Shown: positions 49,953-61,762 of the stretch, in pieces
Position numbering within the stretch: position 1 is the first letter of the stretch
Layout: every line of letters begins with the position of its first letter
Program-made: the position numbers and the translations under genes
Origin: Stegostoma tigrinum
Taxonomy: Eukaryota
Reading direction: 5' to 3'
Assembly (NCBI RefSeq): GCF_030684315.1
Contig: NC_081386.1
Location: 24,868,827-24,932,826, forward strand
Length of the DNA: 64,000 nucleotides
The notes under the pieces: model-generated
What the model saw: only the letters and a program-made list of their open reading frames with translations
Told to the model about the DNA's origin: nothing
Databases searched by the model: none

Positions 49953-51102
49953 TCGAAAAGGTAGATGTTTGATGAACCAACACAGACACAATGGGCTGAA
50001 ATGCTTTTTCTCATGCTTTTAAAAATTTTATGACTATCTATAAAATGATGGGACTTATTGATTGGTGAGGAGGTGGTAAAGTTCTGATCACAGGGCAGAC
50101 ATAATTCATGGGCCCAGTGCAACTCTGCCTGGCTGGCTGGCCAGCCTCCTGGCTGCACCCACCCTTCCAGCCTGGCAGACCTTCTGGACCTCTGGGGTTG
50201 AGTTATTGGTTTTAGAGGAATGTGCATGCTAGAATCAGAAATATGAACAAAAAGTGCTGGACAAAATTAGTAGGTTTGGCAGCACCTGTAAAGACGGAAA
50301 CAGAGCTAACATTGTGAGTACAGTTTTCTTTGGAAACTGGACTCAACATTAACTGTTTCTAACTCAACAGATGCTCCTAGATGTGTTGAGTTTGTCCAGC
50401 ACTTTGTTTTTCTTCCTGGTTATTGATCTAGTTGCCGTAAGACCTGGGGAAGGCTGCGAACTAAGTTAATGGAAAATTCTAACTGATTGCATGGTGTCAT
50501 CACATTATCATCTGTGTACAATGTTGCAGTCCCATGCCATTAAGCCATCTGAAACTCCAAGGCTATGTATCCTAAGTTTTCCCTCATGTGACTCTTGCTT
50601 CTTTTGTCAATTATTTTTAAATCAATGTCTGTGGTTTTCGTGTTGACCAGTCTATGATTTTGACTTAACGTCTAATGCTAGAAGTCTGAAATAAAAATAG
50701 GAAGTCAAAGGCTGGTTAACCAGCATCGAAAGGGTAAGTTAATATTTCCAGTTGTACACTTCAAATCTCAGATTTATTCAGTCACATTGAAAGATTTGAT
50801 TAGTTACTATGAATGTTGGAATTCAGAAATAAAAACAAAATGCTAGACATATTCAGCAGGTCTAGTAGCATCTGTTGAGAGAAAAACATAGATGCTTCCA
50901 GAACTGCTGCAAATTTCCAGCATTTTCTTTGTTCATCTTGTTTTGTATATGATTTTCTTCTGTAGTAGTTTACTTTTTTGTGGTGCTTTTGTGTCTTTGA
51001 AAGGTCGAAGGAGGCATTCCATGAAATGCAGGTATTTCCATTAAATACTGAAGTAGCTTTTCTTTGAAGGTAGCATTTCATGTTACTTTCATATGAGCCA
51101 AG

Positions 51103-51186
51103 ATGGATCAGAAGATTTTGGATTTGGCAGCAGCTGAGGATTGTCAAGGACTGCTGCAGCTCCTGCAGCGCATGAAAGAACAGGAG
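51103..51186 (+). CDS. FANCI: FANCI coding exon 1 (MDQKILDLAAAEDCQGLLQLLQRMKEQE)
   Basis: Matches the FANCI N-terminus MDQKIL. It has a strong Kozak context (gccaagATGG) and a GTGAG donor. Confidence 0.93.
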
Positions 51187-51870
51187 GTGAGCAACTTACT
51201 TTGTCTTCTGTAATGCAACATTGAGGTCTGTAAAAATGTAATTACTTTCAATAAATCATTTTGAAGTTTAAATAAAATGTTTATAATGTATTGCATTCAA
51301 ATATATTAATTTAGTTTAAAGGAACATGTATCAGAATTTTGTCCTAAACAAAATGCTGGAAATCTATACTAAGAAAAATATACTGGCAATAAGTACCAGG
51401 GCTTACAATATCTATGGAGCCAGTTCAGAGACCCAAAACATTAACTCTGCTTTCTCTTCCAGCAATTTCTCTTTCAGTAACTCTTGCTGAGTATTTTCAG
51501 CATTTTATGGTTTTGTTTCAAAATATTTTCATCTTTTTTGAAACAAGTTTGAATATTATTGAGAAAGTACTTTACTGCCTAGTTTAGTCCCATCTTTTAT
51601 GAACGTAATCCCTCCAGGTTCTGGAAACATTTCAGGGGCTTTTCACAGGCAATCCAGTATGCATGTATAAAAAGTTCCAACTAATTTCTGTTTGTATTTG
51701 TTTCAAAAGGGTTTAATTCCTTATAGAAAAGGAATGTGTACACAAGTGTGAGTTTGTGAATGAGATACTTATGTCAAATTCAGGCTAATATCTACTCTGC
51801 CCCTTGTTTTACTTAGTGTTTAATTAGTTAACAGTCTGAAATTACAATTTGAGTGTTGCTTTTGTTACAG

Positions 51871-51943
51871 ATTGGTGCCCTAATAACACGGTATGCCTTG
51901 AAAGGGAAGGAGACTGGAATGCTCATGAGAGCTATTTTTAAAG
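51871..51943 (+). CDS. FANCI: FANCI coding exon 2 (IGALITRYALKGKETGMLMRAIFK)
   Basis: AG/GT bounded, 73 nt, homologous to KGK..GALLRAIFKG. Confidence 0.92.
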
Positions 51944-52455
51944 GTTGGTGCTCAATTGTAAATAATTTTTGTGTATTACATTCCAGTTTTAGCATGCAGC
52001 AGATTAATGCATTCCATTCATCATCTCATCACCTTGTGTTTGGTTGGAATAAATGCATGTTGATCAGTTTACAGTGTATAGAAAGAAAATATTTATTTTT
52101 CAGCAATGTAATTATTGTAAAATAGTTTTGAAGACAAATGAAAATGGCATCTACTGATTTAAGACCAATGTGTGCACCTACTGAGTAGTAAATAAATGAA
52201 AGAAATATATTTATAGCAATTACCCTTAATCCAGCAATATATGTGCCCTACTGTGAATCAGTTAGCAAATTGTAGACCACAATGTGCTTATTATAAACAG
52301 CACTGAAAGAAGGCTAAATCTGAAGCTATTCCCTGGATTTGAAACAATTGTATGCAATCTCTCTGCAGCACCTGATCCCCCACCTCTTAATGAGTGAATT
52401 CCTAGAAGTTAAGTGCTGATCAAGTATGTCTTGTCCTTTTGTTTCTCCTTTACAG

Positions 52456-52586
52456 GTTCTCCTTGTTTATCAAAAGAAGGGGTTTGTCTGAGGCTTTTTG
52501 TTTACAAACATTGTATGCAATTAGTTGAATCAGGGGACCTACAATCAGATGTGGCAACAGACATGATCGGTTTGCTGATGCTTGAG
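52456..52586 (+). CDS. FANCI: FANCI coding exon 3 (GSPC...QLVESGDLQ...IGLLMLE)
   Basis: AG/GT bounded, 131 nt, frame-consistent. Confidence 0.94.
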
Positions 52587-53824
52587 GTAAATTGTGGCTT
52601 TGCCTGTCTTTATGATCAAGTAAAGTAATGATGCTTGAATTATTTACATTCAGGCATCTTTGTTTATTATCTAGCCCCAGGTCCCATTCCACTCTCCAGC
52701 TCAGAAGCCAGTTCACAAAACAATATCTCTTAGTGCTAAGAAGAGAGATCTGTTATTTAAGGATATAAGATTTTATGTTTGAAATGTAGTCATGTTTTTG
52801 GATTAAGATTCTGCTTTTGCAGCTACACTTTCTATTAATCCCTGAAAATTTACACAGAGTATCACGTAAAGTGATACATTTTTCATGCTGACAATAATTT
52901 GAGAATATTAATGAAATGGAATTTTGTTTTGCTTGTAAAAATAAAAACTTTTGGATGTCCCAGTTGATAATTCTGAGTCTATGTAAGATAATGATCTACA
53001 AAGTAATTGTCCACGAAGTGAATGATTAAAATCCTAAAACACACACATTACAATCGGAGGAATCAAGTAGAATTGTGCCTATGAAAGTATGCTAGAGTTA
53101 TAGTTAGTTCATTGGTAAAGTAAACAAGGCATAATGGTTTCAGAGAAAAGTGCACATTTCTAGTGAGAGAAGGGAATGTGATGAGAAAACTGGGGGAGCG
53201 GTGGAGATCCATCGTGAGTTTATGTTGGCCTGAAAAATGTTTGAATTTAGATTCAATTCTGATTTTTCTTTTAGGTTCTCTTATTGACATTGTTGTTACT
53301 TGCTTACCTATTCTCCATACAGGTATCATTATATAGGGAAGCACTAGAGTCCAAGCTTTCTGTAAAGAGGGCACGAAGGAATTTATAACAAGGGTAAACG
53401 TTTTAAAGTTGGAGTCATTAGAGGATTTAAACCTGATGTTGCTCTGAAAAGACAGTGATGATATCTGAGTTGTACCTGGTGTAGCAAAGGGTATAAATGG
53501 CAGTTTAACAAGTTTGCGAGAGGGAAGACTGGCTTGGAATCCAGTGTAATCATCAAGTGGCTCCATTGAAATGGTAGTAGCAATATTAACTGCTAGTAGA
53601 AAGTTCTTAACATTTCTTGCGTCTGAGTTGCCTTACTGTTGGACAGAATGCCGTACAGCATCATGTTAATTAAATTTTCACGAGTTGTCCTGTGCTTCTG
53701 AGCATAAAGTGTTGATATAAGGATTTAACAATATGAAATTGTGGGTATTGGGGCATAGATAATTTGCAAAATCTAATGTGAACTGTGTACATTATGTGCT
53801 CTGAGTCTGAAGGCTTCTTTTTAG

Positions 53825-53978
53825 GCTCATCAACTCACAGGAGCTGCTGCAGCTGAACTGGCAAGCCTGTATGTGGATGCGATCAAGGGGGGAAGCATTA
53901 TCAACGGCAAATCATTGGATCTTTTTCCTACAATACTTACTGTTTTGGCTTCCCAAGAAAGCCTCGATTATGGTGGCG
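53825..53978 (+). CDS. FANCI: FANCI coding exon 4 (AHQL...NGKSLDLFPTILTVLA...YGG)
   Basis: AG/GT bounded, 154 nt. Confidence 0.93.
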
Positions 53979-54150
53979 GTAAGGAAAATTTAAAGAATAT
54001 TTCATATTTGCTCCTCAGTGCATTTATTGGTGTATATATGTCTTCTTTTTTGAACTTGTTTAAGCAACCTTATCATGTTGGTAATATAGCCTGTGTAAGC
54101 CGTCTGTAACATATAATTTTACATATTTTTGTTTTCTTTCTGTTTACTAG

Positions 54151-54208
54151 GTGACTTGAATGGAGAAGAATACAAGAAGCAACTAATCAACACCCTATGT
54201 TCCAGCAG
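54151..54208 (+). CDS. FANCI: FANCI coding exon 5 (GDLNGEEYKKQLINTLCSS-R), GC donor
   Basis: 58 nt. The donor AG|GCAAGT is required to keep frame with the next exon. Confidence 0.9.
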
Positions 54209-54820
54209 GCAAGTAGCAACATGTTTGACTAATATAAAGTGACATATCATTAGATAGCAATAACTTAGGAAATTCGATCAAAAAGCAATTGTGAACATGA
54301 GAATATCCATGGAACCAAAGGATTTCTTTGGAATTTAAGATTACTTCTTGACAAATTCAGTTGCAGTGCTCTTCTTCCCTATCTCTTCTAAAACTTTGAG
54401 ATCATGTGGAGTACTGTTCTGTGGATGCCAGCATCCACTGATTAAGGTGTCCAATTAATCTGTCCTTATGCCTGTGCTAAAGAGTTAGTGTAGACAGGCT
54501 GTCAAATGATGGAAGTCTGATTCTTTCCTCTCCAACATCTGAGCAAACCTTCTCTAACAGAGGGTCAGTGCGGGCTAATCAGTAATTGCATCAGAACTCC
54601 TTAATTCAGGGTGTTGAGACTAGTTATGGTGCTGCCTAAGTACTGCATGGGCCACAATCAGCTGACTTTACTCAGGTTAGGAATGCCACATGAAAGTCAT
54701 TCTGAAGTAAATTATTCTGCATGTATATTAAGCAAACTTCTCCATTAGATTCCAGCCTACTCTGTACTTCTAGGTACATAATTTTGTTTCTGTTTTTAAG
54801 TACTTTCTTTTATTTTCCAG

Positions 54821-54862
54821 ATGGGATCCAAAATGTGTCATTCACCTCACATCAATGTTTAG
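54821..54862 (+). CDS. FANCI: FANCI coding exon 6 (WDPKCVIHLTSMF-R)
   Basis: AG/GT bounded, 42 nt. Confidence 0.92.
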   Translation: MGSKMCHSPHINV

Positions 54863-54971
54863 GTAAATTTATTTTGATCAGTTCAATGACTAAAAAGGAA
54901 CATTCTGTTGAATTGAATTTCAGGAGATAAAAGTTAAACATGTCCGTTCTTCTTTATTCTCCTCCCTACAG

Positions 54972-55095
54972 GGATGTACCACTGAGTATAGAAGAACTTC
55001 AGTTTGTTATGATGAAAGTGCTGAGAATGTTCCCCAAGTTGGACTTGCAGGAACTGCCTCCACTTGTCTATCAGTTGCTTCTTCTCTCCGCTAAG
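54972..55095 (+). CDS. FANCI: FANCI coding exon 7 (DVPL...[17 protein letters not shown])
   Basis: AG/GT bounded, 124 nt. Confidence 0.94.
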
Positions 55096-55339
55096 GTAAG
55101 GTGAAAGAACCCATATTCTCGTAATGATTTGCAGCAAGACTTGATCATCTTAGAAAACTTACTTTCTTCAGTGTCGAAGATCACATGATGTGGGGCACGG
55201 CTTCAAAGCGATGATTGAAACTTTAATAAATATGGCCTGGCTAAATATTGATGAGAAAGTACAGTTGTTATTCATTGTGCACGATAAAGATTACAGGAAA
55301 GATGTCTACCTCCTAACTTTGTGATTTTTCTTTATATAG

Positions 55340-55425
55340 GGTTGTAAGAAAACTCTTTTAGAAGGGATTGTTACATTCTTCCATCGACAGGATCAGTTGC
55401 AGAAAGAAGAACAGACGGGAACCGA
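55340..55425 (+). CDS. FANCI: FANCI coding exon 8 (GCKKTLLEGIVTFF...EEQTGT-E)
   Basis: AG/GT bounded, 86 nt. Confidence 0.92.
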
Positions 55426-55639
55426 GTGAGTTGTCATTATTATTCATGTGACAGCAAGAGGGCATTACATTGGAGTCTGTTCCTGACCTTGTCTGATAGA
55501 TTTTCGCATGTGGGTAACTTCAGATCATGAATATTCCTTGTCTTTCCGTCACACGTAAATATGCGCCCCTGCTTCTTTCTGTTTTAAAAGTATGTCAGAG
55601 ATTGCAAGATCTGCTATTTACTTGACCCAGTCTGTGTTA

Positions 55640-56444
55640 AGCAGAGGTTCACCTGCACATCTGCCAATGTGGTATACTGCATCCACTGTACCCGGTGCGG
55701 CTTCCTCTACATTGGGGAAACCAAGCGGAGGCTTGGGGACCGCTTTGCAGAACACCTCCGCTCAGTTCGCAACAAACAACTGCACCTCCCAGTCGCGAAC
55801 CATTTCCACTCCCCCTCCCATTCTCTAGATGACATGTCCATCATGGGCCTCCTGCAGTGCCACAATGATGCCACCCGAAGGTTGCAGGAACAGCAACTCA
55901 TATTCCGCCTGGGAACCCTGCAGCCATATGGTATCAATGTGGACTTCACCAGTTTCAAAATCTCCCCTTCCCCCACTGCATCCCTAAACCAGCCCAGTTC
56001 ATCCCCTCCCCCCACTGCACCACACAACCAGCCCAGCTCTTCCCCCCCACCCACTGCATCCCAAAACCAGTCCAACCTGTCTCTGCCTCCCTAACCGGTT
56101 CTTCCTCTCACCCATCCCTTCCTCCCACCCCAAGCCGCACCCCCAGCTACCTACCAACCTCATCCCACCTCCTTGACCTGTCCGTCTTCCCTGGACTGAC
56201 CTATCCCCTCCCTACCTCCCCACCTACACTCTCTCCACCTATCTTCTTTACTCTCCATCTTCGGTCCGCCTCCCCCTCTCTCCCTATTTATTCCAGTTCC
56301 CTCTCCCCATCCCCCTCTCTGATGAAGGGTCTAGGCCCGAAACGTCAGCTTTTGTGCTCCTGAGATGCTGCTTGGCCTGCTGTGTTCATCCAGCCTCACA
56401 TTTTATTATCTTGGAATTCTCCAGCATCTGCAGTTCCCATTATC
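55640..56444 (+). mobile_element. 5'-truncated young Penelope-like element in a FANCI intron
   Basis: GIY-YIG ORF 55669-56094, nearly identical to 41660-42426. A hammerhead core is at 56319-56346 and a TSD, TCTGTGTTA, at 55631-55639 and 56445-56453. Confidence 0.9.
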
Positions 56445-56499
56445 TCTGTGTTACCACTTCTGTTTTTGCACTAAAGTGTGGTCTTTTTTTCATTTAAAG

Positions 56500-56632
56500 G
56501 TCCATGGAGTTGGAGGCTGTAACAGTGCCACAGGACCAGCTTTGTCACATAGAAGGAACAGTTATTCTTCACATCGTGTTTGCTATCAAATTAGACCATG
56601 ATCTGGGCCGTGAACTCATCAGATATCTAAAG
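56500..56632 (+). CDS. FANCI: FANCI coding exon 9 ([34 protein letters not shown])
   Basis: AG/GT bounded, 133 nt. Confidence 0.94.
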
Positions 56633-57760
56633 GTGTGGCAGTGTGTCCAGTTTCTGTCAGCACACATTAACTTGGTTAAAGATTGTTCTGCCAGATAAAC
56701 AAAAGAGATGGAGAAGAGTAAAATAGATGAAATTATTTATGGGATGCTGAAGATAGTATTTAGAAACCTTTAGATTAAAAGTGGAAAGGAAAATTGATGT
56801 CAGGCACTTAGCAATTTTGAAATTCTGGGAAAGGTTAATTTTGTGCAAAGCAGTCTCTTAACGATATTGAAGATTATTAGGAAAAAGAAATGTGTGTCGA
56901 GTAACCAATCTAAAGCTTAGGAATGGGCCAGGTTTGGAAGGATCTGGGCCAGGAGCAGGCAGGTGGAACTTGTTTAGTTTGGGATTATGCTCAGCACGGA
57001 TTGCTTGGACCGAAGGGTTGTTTTCATGCTGTATGACTGTCTGAGAGAAAAGTGAAGAACTTGCAATGCAGCTTTTTTTAAACGTCAAAAATGTGGGCTA
57101 AGTTTTTTTTGTGTTGGTTTTCTGAGATAATGAGCATGTTCTACTTCAGCCAAAAGTGCACATAATTCTGTGCAACGGAGACATGATTTCTGAAAACACC
57201 TGTCCCATTTCTATTAAAAATCAAATTAATCAATGATCATCGTACACATTGACCACTGAAGTCATGAATAAAATACTGCAAAACACTTTGACTGATTTTA
57301 AAAGGTTTTTAAATTAATTGCTTCTGCCATTAAATTTATTGAAGGAGAAATTAATTTGGGTCGTGCCATTTCAATTGTTATATCTAAATAACGTAATTTG
57401 TCATAAAATTGCGTTTGGGCTGTATTGGCAGGTTAATGCTTGGTGCCTTAGTGAGGATAGCTGCAGGTTTAGATAGTTTTCTTTGCTCTGTTTTGTTTGT
57501 GAACCCTGCCAAGTGCAGAGACTTTAATGTCTCAGTCAAATAATGAAATTGGGAGGAGCTGGAGACAATCACATCATGTTGTTTGCTCCAAATTGGTCAC
57601 TCAGGAACCAGTATTGCCATTCCTGGGTGGAGAGGTAATGTATCAGATGGAAAATGTTCAGAGAAGCGGGTATGTTACTCCAAAAATATTACTTATAATT
57701 TATTTTAACCAAACTTAGTTATGAAAATCTTAAATAATCTTAAATTTGCCATTTGTCTAG

Positions 57761-57844
57761 GCTGGAGATGCCGGCCGGGTTCTCTGCTCTTTTAACATTG
57801 CATTGATGCTGTCTGTAGCTAGGATACATCGATTTGAGGAGCAG
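57761..57844 (+). CDS. FANCI: FANCI coding exon 10 (AGDAGRVLCSFNIALMLSVARIHRFEEQ)
   Basis: AG/GT bounded, 84 nt. Confidence 0.92.
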
Positions 57845-59269
57845 GTATGTTTATTTTTCCACCACTTTATTTCATTTAGAATCCCCAAATAGACATGAGT
57901 GGGAGTTGACTGGGAAGATTGTTTACACTGAATCATCATGTCATAAGATACTGTATATTAGATTAGTGATGTGAAGAATAATGTTCATTACTCAAGTGGA
58001 GCGCATCTTGTTCAGATCTAAGTCTCGTGAGTGAATTTTATATACAAATGAAATTTTCCATGGTGGTACTCACTAACTAACAGAATTTTGCCTCAACTAT
58101 TAATGCGTTTTACCCCAGTTTCCATCAGACTGAAGAAATAAAGTTTCTGCTTATTAATCTAGACTCTTGATCCTGCAGATTCTGCATGTCTTAGCCATAT
58201 CTGCAGCTACTTTCCAAGTTAAACCTTCAGCTAAAGTTTGAACTTAAGTTGTTCAGGTTTAGCTATCTTAAACTCTTAAGTTACAACTTTTAATATCATT
58301 AGTTCCACCTTGCTTAAACTTTTAGCTTTTGGTGTGATGCCCTTTGTCTTCATGGATTATTGTGCGAGGTATTCTCATGTCTGAGCAATTTTTGACAACT
58401 AAGTCAATGTTTCAAGGAGGATCTTGGCTCCCAGGCTGCAAGTCTGTTGAGATGGAATTTTTGCTCCAAATAGTGAAGAGCAATAATGGACAATTATGCA
58501 GATGTGAATGTGTTATTCAAGAAATTGCAATTTACAACAATCTTCTTCAATCTTCTGTTTTTTTTTAGTGTGAGATACCATGAGGTTGGGTGCGTTATCA
58601 TTTGGCTCTTGAGGTCTAGGTTTGAATCCAACCCTACTTGAATGGGTGACTAATTAAAATAGTTCACAAATAATAAGAGATGTGTGTGCCCAAGATGGGA
58701 ATATCTCGGGGTGAGTTTATCTGCATTCAGTCCCATGGGCATAGATTTGGATGCTTGTACTACACGTGTTTGTGTGTTAGGAAGCTTCAAATTTTGTTGC
58801 ATGCTGAGGGTAGAGATCTGTGGTTTCTGGGGGACCAGTTGAAAATGTGAACATAACCTCGTGGAGTTCTACAAAATTAGGAAAGAACACATGACAGCAA
58901 ACCATGGCGAAGTCTTTTTACTTAATTATATTAGAAGTGCAATTTCTTGCAGGCCTTTAAAACAAAGTTTAATTTATAACCAAATATGCTGAAAAAGTAC
59001 AAAAGGAATTCCCCTCTTGCCTGGGCGTTGATCTTCTGAGGAAGGTTTCTCCTGAACTTGTGACCTGTCTTTCTTTCAAGTTCTATGTATTGTCAGTTTG
59101 TGGTTATATGTCCCAATGACCAATTTTAAAGACAATTATTATCATGATCGTTGTTTTTATTTCACTGACCTCAGATGTGTTGCCCACATGAATGAAAAAT
59201 AGTTGAACATTAAATTGAAATGTCTGTAGCTGAGTTCTTTTGATGACTTTGAATGATTTACTGTTACAG

Positions 59270-59406
59270 GTATTTGACTTTCTGAAAACTGCAATTATAA
59301 AAAGTTTTAAAGATGGACAGTTTCAGCAAAATTCAAAATTCCTCCAGGATTTGATCCCTGCTCAGTGCAATGTGTCTGAAATGATTTTGGAGACTGTGTC
59401 AAACAG
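59270..59406 (+). CDS. FANCI: FANCI coding exon 11 ([15 protein letters not shown]...SKFLQDL...MILETVSN-S)
   Basis: AG/GT bounded, 137 nt. Confidence 0.94.
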
Positions 59407-59838
59407 GTTTGGACTTATTTTTTCGACTTTAGAGCTTTTGGTGTAGATGCTGACGTGAGCCACTGTTTCACCCTTAACAGGGGAATTTCAGGTATTGTAC
59501 TCCCAATCTAATAAGATGTTATTTTTAAACGTATTTTAAAATCAAAAAGTGGTGTATTGAATGCCATACTGAAATTTCTGCCTCACTAGCCTGTGTTTCA
59601 TAACCTATGTGGTAGAACATTTTGCTGTTTGTTTTTTTAAAAATTGATAATGGAATGGCAGATATTGGGCTTTTTCATTCTAGTAGCTTTGGGCCACTGT
59701 TTTTAATAGTAAAACAAGTGACTAAGTCACTAAAAATTTGTCTAGAAATTCAAAATTTGAATGAAATCTGATATTAGCTTCTGATTTAAGTAAATGATTT
59801 TCACTAAATCTGAAATTTTTCCCTTGTTCACTCTGCAG

Positions 59839-60019
59839 TGTTTTTGGATGGGACCATGTTACCCAATCTCTGGTGCAGTTAGGATTTATATTCATGGATT
59901 CTTTTGGACCAAAGACAGGTCCATTTGGAAAAGTTGCTGAGACTACCCCACATGCAACAAAAACTCCATCTCAACAGACTTGCAGACTGGGAGCCAAGAT
60001 CCTCCTTGAAACGTTCAAA
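59839..60019 (+). CDS. FANCI: FANCI coding exon 12 ([25 protein letters not shown]...ILLETFK)
   Basis: AG/GT bounded, 181 nt. Confidence 0.95.
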
Positions 60020-61086
60020 GTGAGTGTGTGAAATGTGGTTTATTGTGCTCTGTCTTTTACAGAGATCTTCATAACATGAATTACTTTGAGTTCTATCGAT
60101 ATGGCTATAATGAACAGTTGCACAAAAGGAATCAGAATCAGCGCAGTGATTTCTAAATAGTGGAAAGTTTAAAAACATGAAAATGCTGTGGCAGATACCG
60201 AAAATAATTTTAAAAGTCTGATGGATTGTTGGTATTTGTGTCAAGAGGACAGGGAATCATCTTCTTCAATTATTCAAAACTCTTGTTAAACCACACTTGA
60301 AGTACTATGGTAGCTATGAGTATCACACTTCATGAAGCATATGAACCTTGCAGATAGAGTACGGGGTGAGTTCATCAGAATAATTTGTGGACTTTCTGAA
60401 TTAAAATAAGAGGAAGAATTAAGCAAATATGGTTGTATTTCCTGAAATATATGTAGTTCCAGTGCAATTTGATCAAAGCTTTCAAGATATTACAACAGGC
60501 TAAACAGAAAACAAAAATTCTTACTGGTTGGTGAATCTAGGACTAAGAGGCATTGTCAAAGAATTAGAGCCAAACTTTTGAAACGTGAAATTATGAAACT
60601 CTCTTCCAAAAAAGGCAATTGGTGTTAGGTAATTTTTTACTTTAAAAGTGACAATATTGATTACATTGGTTAACAAAAAATTTTAGGGGATTCGGGAAAA
60701 GATGGATTTATGAAATGTCCCATCATCTGTGACCTCATTGAGTGGCAGAAGGGGGATGAATGACCTCTTCCTGTTCCTACATTCATCTTATTTAACCTGC
60801 TTTTACTTTTAGTGTTGTTGGTTGAGGGAGAAATGTTTGAGGGCATTGGGGGAACATCTCCTGTTCTCCATGTACTACTATTAAATCTTTGATATCCACC
60901 TGAGCAACTCAAATAGGCACAAGACTATCCCTGTAATATCTGATCTCGATGATGAATGCTTTTTAATGTGTTTTTCTTTAAGTGCTCTGACTTTATTGTT
61001 TTCCCACCTTGTTTTGAATACCCGGGTGATAGAAAGCAGAATTATTGTTTTTAAAACAATTTTCTTAAAAATTGTTCTTGACCCAG

Positions 61087-61174
61087 GTACATGAGCCGAT
61101 TAGGAGTGAAATCCTCGAGCAAGTTCTGAATAGAGTGGTGACAAAGAGCACGTCACCTATCAATCACTACATTG
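61087..61174 (+). CDS. FANCI: FANCI coding exon 13 ([30 protein letters not shown]), GC donor
   Basis: 88 nt. The donor TG|GCAAGT is required to keep frame. Confidence 0.9.
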
Positions 61175-61631
61175 GCAAGTAGATGTCACATTTAAGCTTG
61201 TGAGAACGAAGGACTAGTTCTGACAATACTGGGCTAGAGTGCAAAGCTTGTTGGTCTCAGAAATTTAACTGTTGGTTGCCATTATTGAGCTATTAAATTT
61301 TCACATGTGAAAGGAAGATTAATTTGACCCTATCCAAGCTGAATTTTATATTTGCGTGTTAGGCCTGTATTTGTCTTTGAACTGCTTCACAGCATTTGAG
61401 AGTACATTGCTAACCTGGTTTTCACTGGCATTCTACATATTTAATCTGTTAATTCCACAAAATTACCTATAACTCAAATTATTTTAAATTTTGTTTAGGA
61501 GTTGGCTGATCTGAATGTACAGATTGCCTATTGCTGTTAATAGTTCATTTTTCTAATGCCCTATCATTTAATCTGATTGCAATAAGGAGCCCTCTGAAGA
61601 AATGTAATTTTTATTTTCAATCCTTTCTCAG

Positions 61632-61762
61632 ACTTGCTTTCAGATATTGTAATCTCTGCACCTCTCATTCTCCTGGATTCTTCCTCCAAAGTGATAGAGG
61701 CATTTGACCACTTGTCCTACTTGCCCCTTAGCACAGTCCAGGGACTTCTAAAGGCAGTGCAG
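61632..61762 (+). CDS. FANCI: FANCI coding exon 14 (LLSDIV...[27 protein letters not shown]); gene continues beyond window
   Basis: AG/GT bounded, 131 nt. Confidence 0.94.

Noticed and set aside
53063-53566. 167-aa minus-strand ORF in a FANCI intron
   Set aside because: No recognisable domain; it overlies decayed LINE-like sequence.
54213-54218. Canonical GT donors at +5 of the two GC sites (54213, 61179)
   Set aside because: Using them adds 4 nt and breaks the conserved FANCI frame.
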